The position numbers and the translations under genes were made by a program. From the NCBI GenBank assembly GCA_018399535.1, contig JAGYOR010000001.1:1-51934 (forward strand): 51,934 nt of DNA, in the 5' to 3' direction. The notes beneath the pieces were generated by a model. The model was not told where the DNA came from. It worked only from the letters and a program-made list of their open reading frames with translations, and made no database searches. Of the stretch, positions 1-9,005 are shown piece by piece. Position 1 is the first letter of the stretch, and every line of letters starts with the position of its first letter. Source of the stretch: Deltaproteobacteria bacterium. Its GTDB lineage: Bacteria > Desulfobacterota > Syntrophia > Syntrophales > UBA2210.

Positions 1-183
1 CTGTACCGTGAACAGGCTGAATCAATCGCGGATTTCGGGACGTATGGCGAGTCTTGCTATTTATCGATAATCGGGGTAAAGTCCTTCGGCGTGATTGGTA
101 ACGATGCCACTCCTGTTCGGCGTTGATGGCGGTTGATACTCGTGATCGCGGGCAAATTTTCACGGTGTGAAAGGAAACAGACG

Positions 184-840
184 ATGGGGAACGTGCGAAT
201 ATTGATCGCCGATGATCACAAAATCGTGCGGGACGGTTTACGGACGCTGATCGACAGCGAAGAGGGAATGGAAGTCGTCGCCGAGGCCGAGGACGGGCGA
301 AGCGCCGTTCAACTGTCGGAGAAACTGTCGCCGGACGTGGTGATCATGGACATCGCCATGCCGGACATGAACGGGATCGACGCCACCCGGCAGATACTCC
401 ATTCAAATAATCGGACCAGGGTGATCGCCCTGTCCATGTATTCAGACCGGCGGTTTGTTTCAGGCATGCTCGAGGCGGGCGCCTCGGGATACCTGCTCAA
501 GGATTGCGCATTCGAGGAACTGGTGCGGGCGATTCGTTCGGTGATGGCCGACCAGACCTATCTGAGCCCCACAATAGCCGGAATCGTCGTGAGCCGGTAT
601 GTCGGGAGGGAGTCGCAGGCGGACGGTACCGTTTTTACAAACTTGACGCAGCGGGAACGGGAAGTTCTGCAGATTCTCGCCGAGGGTATGTCGACGAAAG
701 AAATCGCCTATCACTTGGGCGTGAGTGTAAAAACCGTGGAGACACACCGGCGCAATATAATGGAAAAACTGAATATTCACAGTATATCGGAACTGGTTAA
801 ATACGCGATACGTGAAGGACTTACATCTCTTGAAAAGTGA
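184..840 (+). CDS. LuxR/NarL-family two-component response regulator (receiver + GerE-type HTH); no cognate kinase inside the window
   Basis: ORF-track 133..840 trimmed to the first ATG (MGNVRILIADDH). Receiver block 'PDVVIMDIAMPDMNGIDA', C-terminal 'LTQREREVLQILAEGMSTKEIA..VKTVETHRRNIMEKL'. Confidence 0.9.
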   Translation: MGNVRILIADDHKIVRDGLRTLIDSEEGMEVVAEAEDGRSAVQLSEKLSPDVVIMDIAMPDMNGIDATRQILHSNNRTRVIALSMYSDRRFVSGMLEAGASGYLLKDCAFEELVRAIRSVMADQTYLSPTIAGIVVSRYVGRESQADGTVFTNLTQREREVLQILAEGMSTKEIAYHLGVSVKTVETHRRNIMEKLNIHSISELVKYAIREGLTSLEK

Positions 841-1010
841 TCGATGTCCGGCGCGCGGCAAGACCTCAACGAGGCTCAGGAAAATGCTTACACTCCCCCG
901 CCGATTCCTTGGATGACCTGAGACATCAGGAATCGATAAATCAGGTTAATTCCTATAGTTTTCATAACATTATTATATTAAAATAGTGCATCCTGCCGGG
1001 TATTTTTCCC

Positions 1011-1040
1011 TTGACACATAAACCGAAGTCCTGTTATAGA
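1011..1040 (+). promoter_or_regulatory. Candidate sigma-70-type promoter (TTGACA-18 nt-TATAGA, with TGt immediately upstream of the -10) for the ABC/CoA-transferase operon
   Basis: Read directly: ttgacacataaaccgaagtcctgttataga, preceded by an AT-rich stretch at about 930-995. It lies about 280 nt upstream of the first permease ATG. Confidence 0.35.
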
Positions 1041-1321
1041 GCCTGCCGTTATCGGGATCGGGGACCCTAACACCCCACTTTGAGAACTTTCTTCTTCATA
1101 AACAGACCGATTGGAAAGTTCTTTCAACAGCGGCAACGGGAGTTGACCGTGATCCTTCACTTCGTTGCATCAAAAAACAATGAGGAAAACGTGGGGGCGG
1201 CGTTGCCGCATACGACCGTCCGCGCCCGGGGCGCCCCCGTCTGTCTTCAGGGGAATGGAAGGCGGCACATCCGCGCCAATGTCTCAATCAGAGAAAACCT
1301 CCAGAAAGGAGTTGAGACTTA

Positions 1322-2197
1322 ATGTTAGACACAGTTTTTTTTATTCTCATTTTCGGTTTTGTCATGGGGGCGATTTACCTGCTCATCGCCCTGGGGTTTT
1401 CCCTGATCTGCGGTGTCTTGAGAATCTTCCATCTCGGATACGCCTATCTTTTCCCCCTTACCGTGTACGGAACCTGGTTTTTCATGCGGGAATTCGGATT
1501 CGGTCTCGTTCCTGCCATCATTGGAATGGTCCTTCTGCAATTCGCCGTGTCACTGTTTATTTACAAGGTCATGATCAAGACGACCCTCGACGATGAAATG
1601 ACGATGCTCGGCGGGTTGCTTCTGGTCTCCCTTATCGTCGGGGAACTTGCTTCCTGGCGGTATCCCATTCAGGAGGGGGTATACCTCGATACCACGCTGA
1701 TGGACGGCATCTACACCTTCGGACCGGCCGTTATTTCCAAGCAGCTTGTCTTCTCGGCCATCATCGCCCTGGTCATGACGGGCCTGTTCGCCCTGTTCTT
1801 CGTCAAGACGAAAACGGGACTCGCCATACGGGCGCTTTCGCAGGACATTCTCAGTTCCCAGGTCGTCGGCCTGAATGTTGAAAAGCTGTATACCATTGTT
1901 ATGCTCATCGTCCTTCTGCCGGTCATCGTGGCAATGCTTCTCGTCGCCCCGGTCTGGGCCGTGGACCCGATGAGCGGCTGGGGGTACATGACTACGGCTA
2001 TTCTGATCGCCGTGCTCGGCGGTCTCGGCAACATCCGGGGAACGATCATCGCCAGTTTTCTCATTGGTATAACTCACGCCATCATGTGTTTCGTCGTCGG
2101 TGAACCCCGGTTCATGAACGTGTCCGCCATGGTGCTGGTTATGGCGATTCTGATTGTTCGACCCCAAGGTATCATGAGGAGTGAATCGATATGGTAG
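1322..2197 (+). CDS. Branched-chain-amino-acid-type (LivH-like) ABC transporter permease
   Basis: 291-aa polytopic membrane ORF. N-terminus 'AIYLLIALGFSLICGVLRIFHLGYA' is typical of the LivH/BPD_transp_2 family. AGGAG lies about 10 nt upstream, and the ORF overlaps the next permease by 7 nt. Confidence 0.85.
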   Translation: MLDTVFFILIFGFVMGAIYLLIALGFSLICGVLRIFHLGYAYLFPLTVYGTWFFMREFGFGLVPAIIGMVLLQFAVSLFIYKVMIKTTLDDEMTMLGGLLLVSLIVGELASWRYPIQEGVYLDTTLMDGIYTFGPAVISKQLVFSAIIALVMTGLFALFFVKTKTGLAIRALSQDILSSQVVGLNVEKLYTIVMLIVLLPVIVAMLLVAPVWAVDPMSGWGYMTTAILIAVLGGLGNIRGTIIASFLIGITHAIMCFVVGEPRFMNVSAMVLVMAILIVRPQGIMRSESIW

Positions 2198-3237
2198 ACA
2201 TTGAAGTCAAAAGAGATCGTCTTTGCATCCGCTACAAAAATAAAAAATGGGACTGGATGATCGAGCCTCGCTACTGGCGGAACAGCATTTTGTGGACGGC
2301 GGCGCTTCTGTTATTCCCGCTTTTTTCATACTTTTTCTATCCGGGCCTTGTCAACACCATGGTGACGGCTAATATCTACACCTGCATCGCCATTCCCCTG
2401 GCGTTGATGACGGTGGGTACGGGTAGAATCAATTTCGGTCCCAACTTTTACCTTGGCGTCGGCGGGTACACGGCTGCTCTTCTCAGCATTCACCTGGGTA
2501 TGAACCCGCTTTTGACCCTGCCTTTCGCTATTATCATGACGGTCTTCGTGGCCGTTATTTTCAGCCCACTGGTCATTATGGCACGCGGTCTCTATTACGT
2601 GCTTCTGTCGCTGCTCCTGCCCCTGGTATTTCTCGAGGTCACAATGATTTACTCGGGAATATTCAAGGGCGACGTGGGACTCTTCGGAATAGAGCACCTT
2701 TTCAGATTCGAAAGTTCGAGTATCAACTTCATGGCTGCCGCCTATTTTTCGGCCATCCTCATGCTGATATTCCTGGTGATAGCCAACAAGATACTCAAGT
2801 CCCGGTACGGCCTTATCATGGCATCCATCAACGATGACGAAGACGTCGCCCGCGGTATCGGCGTGAACATCAATAAAATCAAGATACTAACCTTTGTCGG
2901 TTCCGCCGGCATGATCGGCGTCGTCGGCTGGTTCATCGCCCATTACTACGGAACCTTTGCCGGTATTACCTACCTGCCTCTCACCTTCATGCTGAAGGTG
3001 CTCCTGGTCTTCCTGATCGGCGGTCGCGCCCAGGTGTTCGGCTGCGTTGTAGGCGGTTATTTTGTTTCGTTCCTGGAGATGATTCTCATCAGGACCATGG
3101 GAGAATTTTCAGCGGTGCTCTTCCCGATCATTCTTCTGGTTCTCCTCTTCACGCTGCCGCGGGGCGAGGGGCTCTTCGGTCTGTATCGCAGACGGCGCTA
3201 TCGGGAATACATGGCTCAGACTCACGTGAGGAGGTAG
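2191..3237 (+). CDS. LivM-like ABC transporter permease
   Basis: 348-aa hydrophobic ORF following the LivH-like gene, with a conserved 'INDDEDVARGIGVN' type loop. Operon context. Confidence 0.85.
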   Translation: MVDIEVKRDRLCIRYKNKKWDWMIEPRYWRNSILWTAALLLFPLFSYFFYPGLVNTMVTANIYTCIAIPLALMTVGTGRINFGPNFYLGVGGYTAALLSIHLGMNPLLTLPFAIIMTVFVAVIFSPLVIMARGLYYVLLSLLLPLVFLEVTMIYSGIFKGDVGLFGIEHLFRFESSSINFMAAAYFSAILMLIFLVIANKILKSRYGLIMASINDDEDVARGIGVNINKIKILTFVGSAGMIGVVGWFIAHYYGTFAGITYLPLTFMLKVLLVFLIGGRAQVFGCVVGGYFVSFLEMILIRTMGEFSAVLFPIILLVLLFTLPRGEGLFGLYRRRRYREYMAQTHVRR

Positions 3238-3241
3238 GAAC

Positions 3242-3988
3242 ATGTCCGAGATATTAACAGTTCAGAATCTTACCAAGCGGTTCGGCGGACTGACCGCCGT
3301 CGACGGGTTAAGTTTTTCCATACAGACCGGTGAAACGCTGGGATTCATAGGGCCGAACGGCGCCGGTAAATCGACGGTGGTGAATCTTATGAGCGGGTAT
3401 CTTCCCGCGGACGAAGGCCGGATAATCTTTAACGGCACCGACATCACCAATAAAAAAGCGCATGAACGGGCCCATCTGGGTATAGCGAGAACATACCAGA
3501 TACCGCGACCCTTTCCGGAGATGTCGGCGTTTATGAGTGTAACGGCGGCTGTCATCGCGGGAAAGCAAAGGCTCAACCAGAGTTTTGAAGACGCGGGCGG
3601 CGAAGCGACACATTATCTTGAGTTCGTCGGGCTTTTCAGTAAGCGGAACATCCTGGCCCGTGACCTGACGTTCTATGAGCTCCGCATGCTCGAACTGGCC
3701 AGGGCCCTGGCAACGACACCGAAACTGCTCTTCCTGGACGAGGTCATGGCGGGACTCAATCCGGGGGAGGCCACGAGGGCCGTCGATATGGTGGTCCGGG
3801 CGAAAGAACAGTTTGCCTTGACTGTTTTCTGGATTGAACATGTCATGGCGGTTCTGATCGAGGCGGCTGACCGGATCATCGCGATTCACTATGGCCAGAA
3901 ACTCGCCGAGGGGACCCCCGAAGAGGTTGTCAACAATGACACGGTCATCGAGGCTTACTTAGGGAAAGGGTGGAAACAATATGCTTGA
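3242..3988 (+). CDS. LivG-like ABC transporter ATP-binding protein
   Basis: Walker A 'GPNGAGKST', 'LTKRFGGLTAVDGLSF', Walker B 'LLFLDEVMAGL'. Confidence 0.9.
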   Translation: MSEILTVQNLTKRFGGLTAVDGLSFSIQTGETLGFIGPNGAGKSTVVNLMSGYLPADEGRIIFNGTDITNKKAHERAHLGIARTYQIPRPFPEMSAFMSVTAAVIAGKQRLNQSFEDAGGEATHYLEFVGLFSKRNILARDLTFYELRMLELARALATTPKLLFLDEVMAGLNPGEATRAVDMVVRAKEQFALTVFWIEHVMAVLIEAADRIIAIHYGQKLAEGTPEEVVNNDTVIEAYLGKGWKQYA

Positions 3989-4685
3989 GGTAAAAAATCT
4001 CTGCGCATCCTACGGGCTCATCGCCGTACTGCACAATGTAAGTTTTACTATTAAACCCGACGAGATCGTAACCCTGCTGGGGTCGAACGGCGCCGGGAAA
4101 AGCACTATTCTGAACACGGTCCAGGGCGTTATAAAACCCACGTCGGGAACGGTCGTATTTCAGGGGAAGGACATCACGGGATGGCCTACTCACAAGACAG
4201 TGGAAGAGGGGGTTATTCATATTCCCGAAGGACATCGGGTGTTTCCCTATCTCAGTGTCAAAGAGAATCTTCTCATAGGAGCGTATCCCGGTGATTCCTG
4301 GAATAACCGAAAAGACCATATGGAATGGGTCATGTCCATTTTCCCGAAACTCAAGGAGCGTCAGAACCAGGAATCACGGCTCCTCAGCGGCGGAGAGCAG
4401 CAGATGTTGACCATTGCACGGGGATTGATGACGAAGCCCAAGTTCATCATGGTCGATGAACCGTCTGTTGGTCTCGCGCCGGTCATTGTGGACGCCGTTT
4501 TTGAATCACTGGCCAAGCTACGGGATCAGGGCATTACCATTCTGCTTCCCGAGCAGAATGCTCTCAGGGCATTGCAGCTGGCCGACCGGGGATACATTAT
4601 CCAGGACGGCAAGGTTGTTCTTGAGGGAAAATCTGAAGAGCTCATGAAGAGCGACATAGTGAAAAAGGCATACCTGGGAGGCTAA
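3981..4685 (+). CDS. LivF-like ABC transporter ATP-binding protein
   Basis: Walker A 'GSNGAGKST', signature 'LSGGEQQML', Walker B 'FIMVDEPSVGL'. Overlaps the previous gene by 8 nt. Confidence 0.9.
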   Translation: MLEVKNLCASYGLIAVLHNVSFTIKPDEIVTLLGSNGAGKSTILNTVQGVIKPTSGTVVFQGKDITGWPTHKTVEEGVIHIPEGHRVFPYLSVKENLLIGAYPGDSWNNRKDHMEWVMSIFPKLKERQNQESRLLSGGEQQMLTIARGLMTKPKFIMVDEPSVGLAPVIVDAVFESLAKLRDQGITILLPEQNALRALQLADRGYIIQDGKVVLEGKSEELMKSDIVKKAYLGG

Positions 4686-4688
4686 CAC

Positions 4689-6044
4689 ATGAAAGATTTT
4701 TTTTCGTATACCTCGGAATTGTTCGATCCTTCCCGAGTCAAAGATAAGCCGGAAGCTCTCAAGGGCATCAGGGTGATCGATTTTACGCACGTTATTTTCG
4801 GTCCAACGGCGTCCCGTGTACTGGGCACCTACGGAGCGGAAGTCATTAAGCTCGAACTTCCATTTTACGGTGATCTCTGGCGACCCGCGACGTACTGGGG
4901 AAGATACTGGAAGCATTCGAACCCGATATGGCATTACGTTACTCAAAACAAGTACTTCGTGTCGATCGACCTGAAGTTGCCCGAAGCGAAGGATATCGTT
5001 TACCGGCTGGCGAAAGACGCCGATATCGTGCTCGAAAATTTCGCGCCGGGAACGGCGGAAGCCTGGGGTGTCGGATACACGAGCATCAGCAAGATAAATC
5101 CCAATATTATCTATCTGAGCTGCTCCACTTACGGCCAGTACGGACCCATGCGGTATTTCCCCGGGTGGGATCTGCTTGCCCAGGCGGCGAGCGGTGTGCT
5201 CTCCCTGAACGGATTTCCCGGAACTGACCGGTACTTCAAGCTTCCCGACTACCTGGGCGATTTCTTTCCGGGCAATCTGGGTTCTATGGCATTGCTCATG
5301 GCGCTTTACTACCGCAACAAGACCGGAAAGGGCCAGTACATCGATCTTTCCCAGACGGATTCCATGATGCGGGCCCTTCCCCACTTCACCTACCAAAGCA
5401 TAACCGGTGAAGCGATGGGTCGGGTCGGGCACACGGACCCGGCGATGGTAGCCGCGTCGATTTTCAAAACCCGCGACGCGCGGTTCGTCGGTCTTGCCTG
5501 TGCCACGGAAAAGCAGTTCGAAGGTCTCTGCGAAGCCATGGACAAAAAGGACCTGTTGCAGGACAAGCGGTTCAGCGACTACCTCCACGCGTTGCAGGAG
5601 AAAAATGCCGAGGAACTTCGGTCAATTGTGACAGACTGGGTCAAAACAATGGATTGCGATGATATAATCCGCCTCGCCAATGAAAAGGGATTCGCGGCCG
5701 CGGAAGTCATGGACGACAAAATGGTGTGCGAAGATCCCTGGCGAAGGGAGCGGGGAAGCGTTATTCTGTTCAACGACGACATGTATGGTGAGCTGGCCAT
5801 GGCTGGTCCGTCGGCAATGCTGAGCAAAACGCCTGCGCGGACAAAGTGGATTGCCAGGCCGCTGGGATATCACAACAGGTACGTGTTGATGAAATTTCTC
5901 GGCCTGTCCGAGGAAGAGCTCGACACCCTTGAGGCGAAAAAGGTTGTCGGCACCTTTGACGACAAACCCGGCTTGAAGCCGCCCGTGTATTACGATCTCG
6001 AGAAGGATCCCCTTTACAATTACGGCAGGGAGGTCGCGAAATGA
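4689..6044 (+). CDS. Family III CoA-transferase (CaiB/BaiF/Frc/BbsEF-type), subunit 1
   Basis: 'LKGIRVIDFTHVIFGPTASRVLGTYGAEVIKLE' N-terminal Rossmann block. 'GWDLLAQAASG' contains the family's catalytic Asp context. Confidence 0.85.
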   Translation: MKDFFSYTSELFDPSRVKDKPEALKGIRVIDFTHVIFGPTASRVLGTYGAEVIKLELPFYGDLWRPATYWGRYWKHSNPIWHYVTQNKYFVSIDLKLPEAKDIVYRLAKDADIVLENFAPGTAEAWGVGYTSISKINPNIIYLSCSTYGQYGPMRYFPGWDLLAQAASGVLSLNGFPGTDRYFKLPDYLGDFFPGNLGSMALLMALYYRNKTGKGQYIDLSQTDSMMRALPHFTYQSITGEAMGRVGHTDPAMVAASIFKTRDARFVGLACATEKQFEGLCEAMDKKDLLQDKRFSDYLHALQEKNAEELRSIVTDWVKTMDCDDIIRLANEKGFAAAEVMDDKMVCEDPWRRERGSVILFNDDMYGELAMAGPSAMLSKTPARTKWIARPLGYHNRYVLMKFLGLSEEELDTLEAKKVVGTFDDKPGLKPPVYYDLEKDPLYNYGREVAK

Positions 6045-7381
6045 GCTTGTTCAAAAAAAAGAGTAAAGAAAAGATCTATACGAGATATTCGGGTCAGGCG
6101 AATGTGCACGCCTGGAAAGGGGTCGTGGAAAGGTTGTCGAACCCTGAAGGGACTCCCGACGTTCTCGATGATATCCTGGTGCTTGACGTCAGCTACGGGA
6201 ATTTTTCGGGGATTATCGCGGCCAGCCTGTTCGCCGAGTTCGGGGCGGAAGTTATAAAAATAGAACCGCCCGAGGGCGATCCCTGCCGCAAAATGACCCC
6301 CTACGGAAGAAACGTGAAAGGTGTGGGAATTCCCTTTATTTTCGAAGGTCGGAACAAGCGCTACATGACGTTGGACCTTCAGAACAATCCGGATGACCGG
6401 GAGACGTTCACGAAACTCGCCAAGAAGGCGGCGGTTGTCATCGAAGCCTTTCCGGCCGGCGATATGGATTCCTGGGGTATCGGTTACCGGCAGCTCTCGG
6501 AGGAGAATCCGGGGTTGGTTTATATCGCCGTTACGCCCTACGGTCAGTATACAACAAAGGCGGAGGAATTCCGAACGTTTCCCGATGCCGACATCACCAC
6601 ACAGACCGGTTCCGGCCTTTCGGCGCAGATCGGGGATCTGCCCAGCGAACCGGAGCCATACAACTGGCCGCTCAAGGCCGGCATGTGGATGGGTTGGTAC
6701 ATATCCGGCCTCAGCGCCGCCCTCGGCGGAACGGTAGCACTCATGCACCGTCAGCTGACCGGCGAAGGCCAGATGATCGACGTCGCCGGCATGGACGCCT
6801 ACTCGTCCATGACGGGATTCCCGCCCTCTATCGGATACACCTGGGAGAATTCGCGGCCGCGTATCGGCGTCCTCGATTTTATTCTCTATCCCTACGGACA
6901 CTGGAAATGCAAGGATGGCCTGGTGGCGATTGCGGCGCCGCGGGACCACGATTTCCGCGCCCTGCTCAAGATAATTCACCGGTGGGATCTTGAGGACGAC
7001 TATCGGTTCACTCCGGACAGGATTCCCGATATTATCGAACAGGCCATGTACCTGCACCGCGAGATCGAGAAGGAAACCATGAAGGAGACCGCCGACGAGT
7101 TAACGAAGAGGGCGCTCACTTACTCCATGAAAGCCGCCCGGTCGAAGTGGCGGGGCGGCGGCGTGCCCATCGTTATGCGGGTTATGACTCCCGAGATGGC
7201 GCGACAGCAAAAACAGTGGGAGATTCGTAAATCCTTCCTGGAAGTGAGCGACGAGACGCTGGGGAAATTTACGATCACCACCGGTTTCGCGAAGATGACC
7301 GAATCGCCGCCGAAGGTTAAATGGATTTCCTGCGACATCGGCAAGGACAACGCCTACGTAACTGAGAAGTATCTCTCCTGA
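6041..7381 (+). CDS. Family III CoA-transferase, subunit 2 (divergent paralogue)
   Basis: 'ILVLDVSYGNFSGIIAASLFAEFGAEVIKIEPPEGD', 'PDADITTQTGSG'. The start overlaps the upstream stop as ATGA (6041-6044). Confidence 0.8.
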   Translation: MSLFKKKSKEKIYTRYSGQANVHAWKGVVERLSNPEGTPDVLDDILVLDVSYGNFSGIIAASLFAEFGAEVIKIEPPEGDPCRKMTPYGRNVKGVGIPFIFEGRNKRYMTLDLQNNPDDRETFTKLAKKAAVVIEAFPAGDMDSWGIGYRQLSEENPGLVYIAVTPYGQYTTKAEEFRTFPDADITTQTGSGLSAQIGDLPSEPEPYNWPLKAGMWMGWYISGLSAALGGTVALMHRQLTGEGQMIDVAGMDAYSSMTGFPPSIGYTWENSRPRIGVLDFILYPYGHWKCKDGLVAIAAPRDHDFRALLKIIHRWDLEDDYRFTPDRIPDIIEQAMYLHREIEKETMKETADELTKRALTYSMKAARSKWRGGGVPIVMRVMTPEMARQQKQWEIRKSFLEVSDETLGKFTITTGFAKMTESPPKVKWISCDIGKDNAYVTEKYLS

Positions 7382-7417
7382 TCGCGGGCGAATAGAGGAA
7401 ACGGAAACGCATAAAAG

Positions 7418-7457
7418 ATGAACGCCGTTCCGGAGGGAGCGGCGTTCATTTGTTTTT
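7418..7457. terminator. Rho-independent terminator between convergent genes
   Basis: 10-bp perfect stem atgaacgccg/cggcgttcat with a 12-nt loop, followed by ttgttttt. Sits between the CoA-transferase stop (7381) and the convergent peptidase stop (7478). Confidence 0.6.
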
Positions 7458-7477
7458 AAGCCGGGAGAGGAACGGAA

Positions 7478-8311
7478 TCACGGTTGCTGCCATTCCGCCG
7501 GATTGACGCCATAGTATTTCATCAACTGCATGTACAAATCGGGAGCGGCTTTGCGCAAGCGCCGGGGAACCTGAAAAAAGGTTTCCGTTGCAACGGCGAA
7601 AAATTCCGCCGGATCCGAGGCGCCATAGTCATCAAGCGGACTGTTTCGACGTGCTATGCTGTCATTCCGGAATTTCTTGAATTCCCGGCGGAAAACCGAT
7701 TGCCATGATTCATAACCGCCCCGGTCGCGTAGAATCGGCATTCCGTCGGCGGCGCCGTTTTCCTCGTCGAGCTGGTGGGCGAACTCGTGAAGAACCACGT
7801 TGAACCCGTGCCGAAGGCTTTTCGATTCGTTCCTGACGTCGCGCCAGGCGAGAACAACCATTCCTTCCCGCCAGGATTCACCCGATTGGACGCCGGTTGT
7901 TTCAATACACAGGTTGTCGTCCAGAGGAATGACTTCCGGCGCAATGTAGGCATCGGGATAAACCAGGATCGACGACAACCCGGAATAAACAGTTTCATCT
8001 CGTTGGTTCAGGACAAGAAGGCAGGCCTGGGCGGCGATGACCACTTTCATCTCATCGGTGACGACAAGCCCGCCGCACCCTTCGAAATGTTTTTCATCCA
8101 TGAAGAGCAGTATTTTCCTGCGGAGAATTTTTCTGAGGTCTTCGGGAAGAATCCGGTAAAGGACGACTTTTTTTTCGAGAAAAGCATTCCATTCGGCGGG
8201 AAAGGGTCGGGAACGGACGCGCTCCCGTCGTCGACGTAATCGGCGCGTTCTCAAGGCATACAGGGTTCCCCAGAGTGCGAGGAAGACGAAAACAACCGCC
8301 CAGAATGTCAT
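7478..8311 (-). CDS. Zinc metallopeptidase, M90/MtfA-like, with an N-terminal membrane anchor
   Basis: 'VVLHEFAHQLD' HExxH motif, 'DPAEFFAVATETFF' as I recall for MtfA-family proteins. Hydrophobic N-terminus 'FWAVVFVFLALWGTLYAL'. Confidence 0.7.
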   Translation of the reverse strand: MTFWAVVFVFLALWGTLYALRTRRLRRRRERVRSRPFPAEWNAFLEKKVVLYRILPEDLRKILRRKILLFMDEKHFEGCGGLVVTDEMKVVIAAQACLLVLNQRDETVYSGLSSILVYPDAYIAPEVIPLDDNLCIETTGVQSGESWREGMVVLAWRDVRNESKSLRHGFNVVLHEFAHQLDEENGAADGMPILRDRGGYESWQSVFRREFKKFRNDSIARRNSPLDDYGASDPAEFFAVATETFFQVPRRLRKAAPDLYMQLMKYYGVNPAEWQQP

Positions 8312-8374
8312 GATACGGGTTAATCCTTCATGGAAAGAGGAACTTCGAAAACAGGCCGATGACGATGTCCGGCG

Positions 8375-8908
8375 TTATTTCACGATCCTGCTGAGCGCGC
8401 GAATGGCATCGCCTTCAGCCACCTTGAGAAGCTCAAACAGCGCCATTTCGGCACTTGTCGACCTGACGCCTTCGCTGTACATCCTTTCAAGGCCGATGGA
8501 ACGGTTCATCGATGTCCGTGACGAAACACAATCGGCCAGGACCTGTACCTCGTAACCCCTGGCGGCGAGATCGACTGCAGTCTGGTACACGCAGATATGA
8601 CATTCAATGCCGGCGATCATGACCTGGCGCCGGTCCGCTTTTTCAAGGGCGTCCATGAACTGTTTCTCGCCGCAACAGCTGAAACTTCGTTTCTCGATGG
8701 GCCGTACACCGTCCATGATACCGGCCACGTCCGGAGCGGTGGAACCCAGATTTACCTGTTCCGTCGCGATGATGGGAATTCCAAGAAGAAGGGCGCCCCG
8801 GATCATCTTCTGAAGATTTGTGATGAGTGCGTTGCTGTCGTGCATGGCCGACGCAAGTTTTTCCTGGACGTCGATAATGACCAGGAGTGTCGAGTCAGTG
8901 TCAAGCAT
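8375..8908 (-). CDS. Isochorismatase-family cysteine hydrolase
   Basis: 'STLLVIIDVQEK', 'QVMIAGIECHICVYQTAVDL' (catalytic Cys context). ORF-track start 8974 is a GTG. I prefer the ATG at 8908, which has an AGGAA about 10 nt upstream. Confidence 0.8.
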   Translation of the reverse strand: MLDTDSTLLVIIDVQEKLASAMHDSNALITNLQKMIRGALLLGIPIIATEQVNLGSTAPDVAGIMDGVRPIEKRSFSCCGEKQFMDALEKADRRQVMIAGIECHICVYQTAVDLAARGYEVQVLADCVSSRTSMNRSIGLERMYSEGVRSTSAEMALFELLKVAEGDAIRALSRIVK

Positions 8909-9005
8909 TGGAAACGATTCCTTTCCGGGGGAAATATTTTTTCTCAACAGCCGTCGGAAACCCTTCAACAGCACCGGGAAACTGCTGAAAACCGCCGCCG
9001 TAACG

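Noticed and set aside
1-126. Frame-1 reading is open from the window edge to a TGA at 124-126 ('..SIIGVKSFGVIGNDATPVRR*'). It could be the 3' end of an upstream gene.
   Set aside because: Only 41 codons are visible and no motif is recognisable, so it cannot be supported as a feature from this window alone.
133-183. N-terminal extensions proposed by the ORF track from TTG or GTG starts: 133, 8974, 15583, 21489, 22841, 25005, 25492, 27492, 30548, 33640, 36002, 41195, 42541 and 47767.
   Set aside because: In each case a downstream ATG gives a canonical family N-terminus, usually with a Shine-Dalgarno sequence. It also removes overlap with the upstream gene or with a promoter candidate.
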